A stretch of DNA of 64,000 nucleotides from a virus: IMG/VR virus record IMGVR_UViG_3300031949_000019. One strand, written 5' to 3'. Under the pieces are notes generated by a model. That model saw nothing but the letters and a program-made list of their open reading frames with translations. It ran no database searches and was not told where the DNA came from. Made by a program: the position numbers and the translations under genes. Position 1 is the first letter of the stretch; each line of letters begins with the position of its first letter. Below are positions 1 to 8,056 of the stretch, piece after piece.

Positions 1-350
1 TCTCACTTGCCTATTCTCAAGACAGCGGACGGGCTGGTGACAGCGGATTAACGAATATAATCCCGCTTGACAATAGAAATAAACGCTCTGTTTGGAACGT
101 CGCCACGCAATCATTTCCTGACGCGCACTTCGCAACCTTTCCGCCCGCGCTAATCACGCCCTGTATACTCGCTGGCAGCAAAGCAGGCGACACTGTACTC
201 GATCCGTTTGCGGGAAGCGGCACAACCGGAAAGGTAGCAATCGAACTTGGAAGAAAAGCAATCCTGATTGAACCAAAAGCGGAGTACGTGGAAATGATCG
301 AACGACGCTGCAAAACAACGATAGGGCTACCTTTAAGTGTAGAAGCATGA
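1..350 (+). CDS. DNA methyltransferase (N4-C/N6-A, N6_N4_Mtase type), 3' part, runs off window start
   Basis: Not in ORF track. Frame starting at base 3 is open to TGA 348-350 and reads NKRSVWNVATQSFPDAHFATFPPALITPCILAGSKAGDTVLDPFAGSGTTGKVAIELGRKAILIE (HFATFP and DPFAGSGTT SAM-binding motifs). Confidence 0.93.
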   Translation, partial: SLAYSQDSGRAGDSGLTNIIPLDNRNKRSVWNVATQSFPDAHFATFPPALITPCILAGSKAGDTVLDPFAGSGTTGKVAIELGRKAILIEPKAEYVEMIERRCKTTIGLPLSVEA

Positions 351-568
351 AGGACAAAGCTTATTTTGCAGAAGCACAAGCCCGCTTTCGGAGAAACAGA
401 AAGTCTCTGAATGAGTGGAAGGAATCACTTGGCACGGAAGAGGCTTCTGACCAGCACGGCGTTTCGCCGGAACAACCTAGCCCGATTGATGGGGGAGGGG
501 TTGCCTTCATTTCACCATTTGAGTTTGAGAAGAAACCAACCATTCAACCAAGATGGAAAATTACATAA
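347..568 (+). CDS. hypothetical protein
   Basis: 73-aa ORF, ATGA overlap with methylase stop. Confidence 0.55.
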   Translation: MKDKAYFAEAQARFRRNRKSLNEWKESLGTEEASDQHGVSPEQPSPIDGGGVAFISPFEFEKKPTIQPRWKIT

Positions 569-726
569 ATCTGAGTTAGTCAGCCAGTAATAGATTTCAA
601 CGACTGAGAACTTAAGAATTCAGTGAAGATGAAGAACACTACTCCTATTCCGAAACTTGATCGGTTGTACCCGCTGAAGCAGCGGTGTTAGTAACTCAAG
701 TTACCAACGAAACGAAAGGACAAAAA

Positions 727-1425
727 GTGAAAGAAACGATCATCAATGCACGCTACTACATCGAAGCGGGCGCGTTCACGTCCAAAGAAATATCGCGGTA
801 CGTGCTCTCTGCTGTTCGCGTTGAACCGCACCCAGAAGGCGGCGCGGTTGTGATTGCAACAGACGGGCACACAATGGGAATCTTCCATGACAAAGAAGGT
901 AAATGCGAGGAGCCTGTAACCATTGCCTATCGCTCTGAAATTGCGCGGCTGGCTAAAGCAAAGAAAGGCTTAACGCGGCGATTAAGAGTCAACGGTGATG
1001 TGGACATTCTTGAAGATGCTAAAGGTAAGGGTCTGACGCCAACGCCGTTAGTGAGGTTCTTCGATGCAATCCTAACCAACAGTTCTCAGTTCCCAAATTG
1101 GCGCATGGTTTTGCCGAACGCCGCAGAAGCTAAACGGCGTTCGGACTTCAACGGTGAATATCTCGCACGATGCGCGCTAGCAAAACGTGAATTCCGTAAC
1201 GAAGGCATCACTATTTTTCAGAAGGATGGCGATACTCAGGCAATTGTGCGGACGCAGCGAGAGGATTTCGTGGGGATTGTGATGCCAATGAAAATTGGCA
1301 CTGAGAATCCTTACCCATCTTACGTGCAGCCGTTACTCAAACCGAAAGCTGAACCACAGCCTGAAACGACAACGACGAAGCCAACGAAGGCCACGACAAA
1401 GAAGCGGCGTAATAAAGCCGCGTAA
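727..1425 (+). CDS. DNA polymerase III beta sliding clamp-like protein with basic C-terminal tail
   Basis: SRYVLSAVRVE...VIATDGHTM resembles DnaN R..L.GV..../ATDGHRL; C-terminal GIVMPMK resembles DnaN V(L)MPMR. Start set at GTG 727 after AAAGGA (ORF track starts 685). Confidence 0.7.
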   Translation: MKETIINARYYIEAGAFTSKEISRYVLSAVRVEPHPEGGAVVIATDGHTMGIFHDKEGKCEEPVTIAYRSEIARLAKAKKGLTRRLRVNGDVDILEDAKGKGLTPTPLVRFFDAILTNSSQFPNWRMVLPNAAEAKRRSDFNGEYLARCALAKREFRNEGITIFQKDGDTQAIVRTQREDFVGIVMPMKIGTENPYPSYVQPLLKPKAEPQPETTTTKPTKATTKKRRNKAA

Positions 1426-1537
1426 GCCTTCAACCTAACAATGATCGCAAAATAACAACCGTGGAAAGCCAAGATGTTTTGGGATTGAAATTAACCTAAC
1501 TCTTATTTTTCAAGTTGACTGATGGAGAGTATCCACA

Positions 1538-1738
1538 ATGAACATCGCAGCCCAACAGAAGGTAAAGATCAAAAAACAAGCTGGCAAGATTGTCGCTGAC
1601 TTCATGGACACGATAAGTGAAGGCGACGGTGATCATAGTTGCAATGAGTGTGAGTTGGACACCTACCTTTGTCCACACCTATTCGAGCGGTTGCAAAACA
1701 TGATTGCGGACGCTTTGAACGCGAAGGAAGCAGAATGA
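1538..1738 (+). CDS. hypothetical protein
   Basis: 66-aa ORF, GGAG upstream, CxxC...C motif. Confidence 0.6.
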   Translation: MNIAAQQKVKIKKQAGKIVADFMDTISEGDGDHSCNECELDTYLCPHLFERLQNMIADALNAKEAE

Positions 1739-1776
1739 GTGAAATCGAAAAGCGTTACTACACTGAGAAGCAATGA
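1735..1776 (+). pseudogene. 13-codon remnant of an Xis-like gene start (MSEIEKRYYTEKQ*)
   Basis: Read by hand; aligns with the start of the next ORF (MSELEEKFTDQE); ATGA overlaps on both sides. Confidence 0.55.
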
Positions 1777-2120
1777 GCGAACTGGAAGAAAAATTTACTG
1801 ATCAGGAATTCTGCCGAAAGTGGAAGATCAACCGGGCAACCTCGTTTCGTTGGCGAGAACTTGGAATTATCAGCTACATACAGCTTCCAAACGGACAGAT
1901 TCGTTATAGCAAGCGGCACATAGATGAACTTGAAACAAACTTCGCCAAGATGGAAAAGTTAGGCGTGACGCTCAAGGATGTCAGCCGCGCGCTCAAGAGT
2001 GGAGTCATCAGCGTTGGCGTACCGGAATGTAGTAGTGATGTTGGAGTGCCCGAGGATGCGAGAAATTTCGGCAATGGGAAGTCCGCCTTGCACGAGGCGG
2101 GTAGCGCAGGTGTGGCGTAA
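1773..2120 (+). CDS. excisionase-like winged-HTH protein
   Basis: FTDQEFCRKWKINRATSFRWRELGIISYIQLPNGQIRYS is a MerR/Xis-type HTH plus wing; convergent with the integrase. Confidence 0.75.
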   Translation: MSELEEKFTDQEFCRKWKINRATSFRWRELGIISYIQLPNGQIRYSKRHIDELETNFAKMEKLGVTLKDVSRALKSGVISVGVPECSSDVGVPEDARNFGNGKSALHEAGSAGVA

Positions 2121-3050
2121 ATCATGGAAACGAAGATCGGAAATTCCAGCAATTCTTTTTGCGGTAGCCCAAGAACGTTTGACCGTATCAGTGACACCAA
2201 AGACTCGCGTGGCTGGATCCCGCCGGGGGAGTTTCATCAACTCAACCAGCAATCGGGACGTGATAGCAACAGAACGCGGTCGTAAGGTTTTGGTGTTCAT
2301 GGCGAGAATGTTTATGCGCTTGTTTTTCAAATCCACGTCAGACCAGCGGAGTGAAAGAATCTCCCCGCGTCTCATTCCGGTATCGAGGGCGCAGATGATG
2401 ATCGGTCGCAGCTTGGAGCGATTCTCGTCGCAGGCGTCCAGCAACAATTCTTCGTCTGCGGCAGACAGCACGCGGATGCGCTTTGTCTCGTCTGACGATG
2501 AAATGAGCGTGTCGCTACCTGAAAACGGATGCCGGAGTATCCAGCCTTCGCGAAGGGCGATTGAAAACATTCTACGCAGGACAGTGAGTTCCCTGTTGAC
2601 CGTAGCTACGGCTCTTTGTCGCGACGGAGCGATCTTGAATTTTACCTTTGTGTCGAGGCGGTGGGTTTTGAAATGAAGGATGTCGCCGTGGGTTATCGAG
2701 CGGAGTCTTTTGGAGCCAAAATGAGTTTTCAGGATTTCAACAATGCGTTTGACTTCAGCGTGAGAGCGGAGTCCGGCAACTTTTCGGCTTTCGATAAACC
2801 TGGCCGGCGTGGCGTAGCGTTCTTTGTAGTGCTTTGCGAGCTGAGCAAACGACAGGCGCGAGGAATCCAGAGACGCTTCGCCGCGGTCTTCAATTTCCCG
2901 GAGCATGTCTTTGATGAGTTGGCGCGCGTGAGTTCGCGAGAGAGCTTTGCGCCGTTTGCTCTTGCGTTTACCAAATTCGTCGGTGTAAGTGATACGGCCA
3001 TAAATGTCCTTGCCGTCCATCCAGATCGAGCCTGTTCGCGGTCTGCCCAT
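1959..3050 (-). CDS. int: tyrosine recombinase / phage integrase
   Basis: Catalytic motifs LDTGMRRGEIL (R), KT (K), FHDLRH (HxxR), LGHS...TTFRY (H, Y). Start set at MGRPRTGSIW (3050) because the longer ORF runs into the att region. Confidence 0.96.
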   Translation of the reverse strand: MGRPRTGSIWMDGKDIYGRITYTDEFGKRKSKRRKALSRTHARQLIKDMLREIEDRGEASLDSSRLSFAQLAKHYKERYATPARFIESRKVAGLRSHAEVKRIVEILKTHFGSKRLRSITHGDILHFKTHRLDTKVKFKIAPSRQRAVATVNRELTVLRRMFSIALREGWILRHPFSGSDTLISSSDETKRIRVLSAADEELLLDACDENRSKLRPIIICALDTGMRRGEILSLRWSDVDLKNKRINILAMNTKTLRPRSVAITSRLLVELMKLPRRDPATRVFGVTDTVKRSWATAKRIAGISDLRFHDLRHTCATRLVQGGLPIAEISRILGHSNITTTFRYANADDSTLERAADILERHA

Positions 3051-3107
3051 AGGTGCACGTATCCCTGTCACGAACCGAGTGGGCGGGATGCTACCCCAGG
3101 CAGCAGG

Positions 3108-3147
3108 ATGCCGCAAGATTCCCGGACAAAAAAGCACGTTGCGGCAT
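3108..3147. repeat. 9-bp perfect inverted repeat between int and att core
   Basis: ATGCCGCAA (3108-3116) and TTGCGGCAT (3139-3147), 22-nt spacer. Confidence 0.6.
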
Positions 3148-3215
3148 GTTTTATTTGCGGCGTTCGCGCAGCGTGCGACATCGGGCAACATCCTGCAATA
3201 AGTGGCAGGCACACT

Positions 3216-3257
3216 CTTTTAACCAGTGGGTCGCAGGTTCGAGTCCTGCTCGGCTCA
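3216..3257 (+). mobile_element. attP core: 3' half of tRNA-Lys(UUU)
   Basis: CTTTTAA (anticodon loop, UUU)-CCAGT-GGGTC-GCAGG TTCGAGT CCTGC (T arm)-TCGGCTC-A. No D arm or pairing 5' half upstream; adjacent to int. Confidence 0.88.
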
Positions 3258-3441
3258 AGACAATTTAGACCTTCCTGTCACGTACTCCTGACACTTTCAG
3301 TTGAAAACACTTCCAGCCGGAGGTGTGCATGAGCGGTACAGCAACCGAAATATCAGGAGCAGGTGAGATGAAGAAAACTACTCGCAACTTAACCTTGAAG
3401 GAAACAGAGTCCGCCTACGGCGAGACGGCAGATTGAATCTG

Positions 3442-3984
3442 ATGAAAGCTCTAACACTAACGCAGCCGTGGGCAACCCTGATTGCGTGTGGCGCGAAACG
3501 TATTGAGACGCGCTCATGGTCTACATCCTATCGCGGCGCACTCGCGATCCATGCGGCGAAAGGTCTTGCACCAGTTGGCGGGAAACGTGGCTTTCAAGAA
3601 CAGTGTGCCACGCCTCCATTCGAGCAAGTTCTGTCGAAGTGGTTTGAAGAGTTTGGTGCGACGAAAAGCGCATACAAGGCTGGGTGGGTTATGCCGCTTG
3701 GTGCCGTAGTCGCGGTCGGTAGATTGGTTGCGGTCAAGCCAACAAGTATGGCTCTCCGCGCTGAACTTTTAGCGCAGACAATCACGCCGCACGAGATCGA
3801 CTTTGGCGATTATTCCAACGGGCGTTTCGCATGGTACTTAGAAAACGTCTCGTTTCTTGAACAGCCAATCGAGTGTAGTGGTGCCCTGAGCATTTGGGAC
3901 TTATCGCCGGAAATTGAAGCGGCGGTTACAGCGCAACTAACAAAACTCACCAAAGGAGTTAGCGTGATCACATGGAAACCATAA
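3442..3984 (+). CDS. ASCH domain protein
   Basis: MKALTLTQPWATLIACGAKRIETRSW...RGALAIHAAK and FGDYSNGRFAWYL signature. Confidence 0.9.
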   Translation: MKALTLTQPWATLIACGAKRIETRSWSTSYRGALAIHAAKGLAPVGGKRGFQEQCATPPFEQVLSKWFEEFGATKSAYKAGWVMPLGAVVAVGRLVAVKPTSMALRAELLAQTITPHEIDFGDYSNGRFAWYLENVSFLEQPIECSGALSIWDLSPEIEAAVTAQLTKLTKGVSVITWKP

Positions 3985-4238
3985 ACGCAAAAGCAGCAGT
4001 AGAGAAGTATGGGGAAAGTCTCATCGGCAACGTCTGTGACACGACCCGTTATGGAAACTGGCGTGGAGGGCTGGCCACGATTATTCAGATTGAGCCCGAT
4101 GCGAACGCGCCCGAAATCGTCTTTCAGGTCGAGAGCGTAACACCTGAGTTTGGCGAAATCGGCGTATTTGAACACGAAGAAGTTGGACTGTTCCCTCGGG
4201 GCATGGGGTCAACTTTAATAGAACGCGAGTCGCTATGA
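3972..4238 (+). CDS. hypothetical protein
   Basis: 88-aa ORF with GGAG RBS, coupled to neighbours. Confidence 0.65.
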   Translation: METINAKAAVEKYGESLIGNVCDTTRYGNWRGGLATIIQIEPDANAPEIVFQVESVTPEFGEIGVFEHEEVGLFPRGMGSTLIERESL

Positions 4239-4528
4239 CGTTTTGCCAGGGGATACCAGGAATCCCGGCTCATAGAGTACCTAACCCTGACGACTTGATA
4301 TTCGGTCGCTGCCAAGACTGTGAGGGAAAACTTATCTCAGCAAAGTCGTGGTCTTCTGCCAATCCTACTGAAAAGAAAAGCTCTGGAAAAGGTGAAGGAA
4401 TAATTATCAATCCAAGCAAACATCACCCAAGAGTGCCGACTGGTGCAAAGCAGATACGCTCCGATGCCCTTGCAGGCGCAGCGAAAAGGAAACGAAGTAA
4501 TTGGAGGAACTATCCTAATGGGAGATGA
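4235..4528 (+). CDS. hypothetical protein
   Basis: 97 aa, ATGA overlap, CxxC motif. Confidence 0.55.
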   Translation: MTFCQGIPGIPAHRVPNPDDLIFGRCQDCEGKLISAKSWSSANPTEKKSSGKGEGIIINPSKHHPRVPTGAKQIRSDALAGAAKRKRSNWRNYPNGR

Positions 4529-4673
4529 AAAACTCGTCACATTTGATCCTATTTGTCCTGTTTGTAACGAGATGTTTGAAACAGTGGTGGAACAGGGTGT
4601 GTTTTCAACTGTCGAGTGTCCTGCTTGTGGTGCAGAACTTGAAGTGACGCTGACTATTGAGCGGAAGAAATGA
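4518..4673 (+). CDS. small CPxC zinc-ribbon protein
   Basis: CPVC...CPACG; start at ATG 4518 after GGAGG. Confidence 0.65.
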   Translation: MGDEKLVTFDPICPVCNEMFETVVEQGVFSTVECPACGAELEVTLTIERKK

Positions 4674-5335
4674 GTTTTCAACCCCCAACCTACGAAGAAG
4701 CCCTTGAGAGAACCCAAAAGCGCCAAATCGCCTCTAGGACGCGTTTTTCCGTGGGGGGTAGCCACCTTACCACTCGGAACGGGCTGAAACGCAGCCGTGG
4801 CTTAAGCAGCAAGCAGCCTATAGGGCAAAACCGGAAGGCCAAACCCCAGAAACGGTCATCTGCTATCCCTTACGCCACAAATAGCCTGAAAGCGAAGAAA
4901 AGAGGCAAGAAGACCGGGCGGAAGAAGCTCCCCTCAATCAAGAACCTCAGAAAACGTGTTTGGGCTCAATTCTCCATTTTCATCCGCACTCGCGACGCTG
5001 ATGAATTCGGAGTGGTCTCATGTTGCACTTGCCCTGCTCGCCACCATTGGAATTCAGGTGAGATACACGCCGGCCATTGGATTCACGGTCGCTTGGACTT
5101 TGACGAGAGAAATATACACGGACAGTGCCGCAACGATAACTTCTACTCCCATACAAAGGTCAACACGGCATACGCTTGCTTTATGGCAAAAACCTACGGC
5201 GCAGAAGTCATGGACGAACTAAGGCTTCTCTCAAACACGACAAGCAATAAACTGAAGCGGGATGAACTTAACGAACTGCTTGAGAAGTACGAATCGCTTA
5301 ATGCCGCCAATCCGCTGCTTGCAAAAGATCGCTGA
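4670..5335 (+). CDS. NinG/Rap-like recombination endonuclease
   Basis: FSIFIRTRD...CCTC...HAGHW...FDERNIHGQC pattern of lambda NinG family, after a basic N-terminal extension. Confidence 0.85.
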   Translation: MSFQPPTYEEALERTQKRQIASRTRFSVGGSHLTTRNGLKRSRGLSSKQPIGQNRKAKPQKRSSAIPYATNSLKAKKRGKKTGRKKLPSIKNLRKRVWAQFSIFIRTRDADEFGVVSCCTCPARHHWNSGEIHAGHWIHGRLDFDERNIHGQCRNDNFYSHTKVNTAYACFMAKTYGAEVMDELRLLSNTTSNKLKRDELNELLEKYESLNAANPLLAKDR

Positions 5336-5396
5336 AGGAGCGGGGTGTCGAGAGACATCAGCCAAACGCGCGCAAACAGGCCCGCTCCTTTCAGCG
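5330..5396 (+). other. long stem-loop after ninG (terminator or structured RNA)
   Basis: CGCTGAAGGAGCGGG (5330-5344) pairs with CCCGCTCCTTTCAGCG (5381-5396) with a one-base bulge; internal TGTC-GAGA-GACA hairpin. Confidence 0.5.
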
Positions 5397-5441
5397 AGTT
5401 GAACCTAATCGCCATTCCGCACCTTACCCACGAAATAGTGC

Positions 5442-5470
5442 TTGACAATTATTATCGCTCGCGCTAATCT
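5442..5470 (+). promoter_or_regulatory. sigma70-type promoter, leaderless
   Basis: TTGACA-17 nt-TAATCT, ATG 8 nt downstream. Confidence 0.75.
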
Positions 5471-5478
5471 TTATCGCT

Positions 5479-5667
5479 ATGAACAACGGATACACTATCC
5501 ATCAAGCGGCGGTAATTCTTGGTGTTAGCCCACAGAGAGTACGCCAGCTTGCCCAGAAACTGTCGGCAGTGCGGAGGGTTGGCAATGTAATCGTTTTGTC
5601 AATCGCGCAGATTCAACGAATGGCGAAACGCAACACGAAGCCGGGTCCAAAGAAAGGGAAGGAGTAA
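5479..5667 (+). CDS. small HTH DNA-binding protein
   Basis: YTIHQAAVILGVSPQRVRQLA HTH_17-like motif. Confidence 0.85.
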   Translation: MNNGYTIHQAAVILGVSPQRVRQLAQKLSAVRRVGNVIVLSIAQIQRMAKRNTKPGPKKGKE

Positions 5668-5670
5668 TCA

Positions 5671-6390
5671 ATGCCAACTAAAACAGATTCAGTAGTAGCA
5701 GCGAAGGAGCCAAGGTTTCACGGACGACTTACGACCTTGCATAGACAAGGACAGTGTGATCACGGAGAAGTGCTGACTGCAACTTGTGATGAATGCCAGT
5801 CGGTAAATGAGGAACAGAACCTTGCTGTTCCATCGGGCCAGCTTTCCAAAGACATTTTGGCAAAGATTACGCCGCGTCCGTGGCGTCGTTACAGCGATAA
5901 ACTGCGACCTCAATTCTCAACGCGTGTCCATGAAATACACGATGCAAGAGGATGTACGTTAGTAAGTTGGGGCGGTTTTGACGGCGTGGACTTTTCATAC
6001 GATGAAATCGCTAGTTACATTGATCTGATCGTAGCCGCCGTCAACTCTTACTCCCCTGAGCGAGAAGCAGCGTACCAGGCATCCCAAGCAGAAATAGAAG
6101 CCTTCTGGACAATGCTTGATCGTTGCTGGGAGATCGAGCCGCGCGAATACTTTGAAACCGAAGCGCCTAAGAACGGCTTTGAACATGCAACCGCGATGGC
6201 CGTTCATTATATGTGGAAGCGAGAGACGAAACCTAGCGAGGCGTACCAGGAATTAGTAACAGCAGCGCGTGAAGTGATGACCTGGGGAGTTGAGCACGAC
6301 GATGCACGGCTCGACTACATCACGGTTCAAGTGGACAGAACCGCCATATCGAATTTGCAGGCTGCTATAGATAGACTGGAAGGAAAGTAG
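5671..6390 (+). CDS. hypothetical protein
   Basis: 239-aa ORF with GGAG RBS. Confidence 0.7.
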   Translation: MPTKTDSVVAAKEPRFHGRLTTLHRQGQCDHGEVLTATCDECQSVNEEQNLAVPSGQLSKDILAKITPRPWRRYSDKLRPQFSTRVHEIHDARGCTLVSWGGFDGVDFSYDEIASYIDLIVAAVNSYSPEREAAYQASQAEIEAFWTMLDRCWEIEPREYFETEAPKNGFEHATAMAVHYMWKRETKPSEAYQELVTAAREVMTWGVEHDDARLDYITVQVDRTAISNLQAAIDRLEGK

Positions 6391-6392
6391 TT

Positions 6393-6578
6393 ATGCCAAA
6401 TTGTACGAGTTGCGGATCGTCTATTCCAGAGGGGCAAGGCAAGTCTTGTTCGATGTGTTACGGCGACATCGACTACGGCAAAGACGGTTACTATCGTGCT
6501 GAGATGGAACGCGCAGAACAAGAACAGCGAGACATAGAGCAGGACTACTACGAGCATCAACCGGAGCAAACCAAATGA
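6393..6578 (+). CDS. small zinc-finger-like protein with acidic tail
   Basis: CTSCG...CSMCYG. Confidence 0.65.
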   Translation: MPNCTSCGSSIPEGQGKSCSMCYGDIDYGKDGYYRAEMERAEQEQRDIEQDYYEHQPEQTK

Positions 6579-6949
6579 ATCAGGATGACATTCGTAAATT
6601 GTATGGGCCTTTCTGGAAAGCTAACTCCCAATTCGTAAGTGATGAAGCCGTCGCGCTGATTGCTAAATTATCCGTAGAGTCTATTTCAGGACTTGAAGGC
6701 GCAGACTTCATCGCATTAACGCCAATACTCAGTGATGCTCTCACTGCTGCCAGAGAAGCACAGAGGGAAGCGTTGGCGGGAATTCAATTCGCTAAAGTCA
6801 TTCCGGTTGATCAAGGATGGACGGTAAGCATCGATTCGTTGGGAATCAAACTGTACGGGACTGAGAGCGCGGCACAACAAGTCTGTAGCGCAATCAACGT
6901 CAATGTCGCTGCTGCTATTCGGCAGGGGGTAAAGAACCAAAGTCCGTAA
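6575..6949 (+). CDS. hypothetical protein
   Basis: 124 aa, ATGA coupling. Confidence 0.65.
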   Translation: MNQDDIRKLYGPFWKANSQFVSDEAVALIAKLSVESISGLEGADFIALTPILSDALTAAREAQREALAGIQFAKVIPVDQGWTVSIDSLGIKLYGTESAAQQVCSAINVNVAAAIRQGVKNQSP

Positions 6950-6989
6950 AAGGAACGTGGGGTGATTCGTAATGAAGGGAGAGGGTAAA

Positions 6990-7247
6990 ATGGCTGAATC
7001 TGATAAAGACCGGGCTGACAGACTCGACGCTCAAGATCGCTTGATTGCTCGCGGCTATAAACGAGAGGAATGCCGCGCGTGCAAGGGCATCGGTACGCAC
7101 CCGCCAACTGATAGACCATGCTTGTCTTGTGATGGTCGTGGGTTTCATTGGCAAGCGCCAATAACAAAGTGCATCGTTGAAGAGCCTTTGGCTGTCGTAC
7201 CAACGCCTGAGAGTGATATGGACGATTTTTGGGGATTTGGAGGCTGA
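6990..7247 (+). CDS. small protein with DnaJ-type CxxCxGxG zinc-finger repeats
   Basis: CRACKGIG...CLSCDGRG; start chosen after GAGGG. Confidence 0.65.
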   Translation: MAESDKDRADRLDAQDRLIARGYKREECRACKGIGTHPPTDRPCLSCDGRGFHWQAPITKCIVEEPLAVVPTPESDMDDFWGFGG

Positions 7248-7937
7248 GTGATGATTGAACCAACAGAGAAGACAGTAGCAGGGGAGCAGGATTCTGGAAA
7301 TGAAAACAACCCCTCTCAACTTTCAACTATCGAGTCGGAAAGACATTCAGTTGAGGCTTGGCCGCCGGAGCGCGTATGGCTGCCAGAGGGTACGGCGGAG
7401 CTAGCCGCCGTTTCGCCGGAGTTACAAAACATCGAGGGTGCGTGGTGGGTAAAAGAAGGTGGCACCCGCCATCACCCCGAAGGCCAGCAGGGAGCAAAAC
7501 GCATCTTAGGAATCCCAACTGACGTGAACACCGTTGCATGGGCAGAAGAAGCAATTCAATTGCGAACCGCGTTAGAAGATTTGATGAACGTAATTCGTGT
7601 CGATGAATTGCTACCTGAAAGTGTCAGCTATATGCGGCAGGCCCAAGATGCGATTGATGCTGTACCGCCCGCTCTCCCCTCTCAGAGCGTAGTAGTTGGG
7701 GAACAGTGGCAGGATATTTCAACTGCGCCAAAAACCGGCGAGCACTTCTTAGCAACGGGCGGCAGTTTTGGGATTTGTGGAGGCAAAGAACAGCCGTGGG
7801 TAGACGTAGTTCACTATTGGGACGTTAAAGGCGAGGAAGGTTTCTATCCGAGCAACGGGCCTGACGAGCCGTATCTACACCTGACAGGATGGATGCCTTT
7901 CCCTTCAGTAGCAGAGGAAAAGGAGTTGGAGAAATGA
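7248..7937 (+). CDS. phage protein with C-terminal DUF551-like domain
   Basis: WQDISTAPKTG...VVHYW...LTGWMPFP pattern. Confidence 0.65.
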   Translation: MMIEPTEKTVAGEQDSGNENNPSQLSTIESERHSVEAWPPERVWLPEGTAELAAVSPELQNIEGAWWVKEGGTRHHPEGQQGAKRILGIPTDVNTVAWAEEAIQLRTALEDLMNVIRVDELLPESVSYMRQAQDAIDAVPPALPSQSVVVGEQWQDISTAPKTGEHFLATGGSFGICGGKEQPWVDVVHYWDVKGEEGFYPSNGPDEPYLHLTGWMPFPSVAEEKELEK

Positions 7938-8023
7938 GCAAAATCAATTTTCAATTTGGGTACGGGCATGCGATTTTCGTTGTGATAATCGTAGTCCTTA
8001 TTGCTCTAGCACAGAGATGTTAG
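7934..8023 (+). CDS. 29-aa hydrophobic mini-ORF
   Basis: Hand translation MSKINFQFGYGHAIFVVIIVVLIALAQRC*; ATGA overlap and AGGAG RBS. Confidence 0.4.
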   Translation: MSKINFQFGYGHAIFVVIIVVLIALAQRC

Positions 8024-8056
8024 GCTTTCAAATAAAGCGATTCAGGAGCAATCCAA

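Noticed and set aside
3051-3212. 54-aa N-terminal extension of integrase given by the ORF track
   Set aside because: Runs through the non-coding attP arm; MGRPRTGSIW is a typical integrase start.
3200-3260. Complete phage tRNA-Lys gene
   Set aside because: No acceptor 5' strand, D arm or pairing anticodon 5' strand; treated as att core.
1978-3332. Long + strand ORFs antisense to the integrase (1978-2676, 2616-3332)
   Set aside because: No recognisable motifs or RBS; shadows of a clear gene, unlike the nested HNH.
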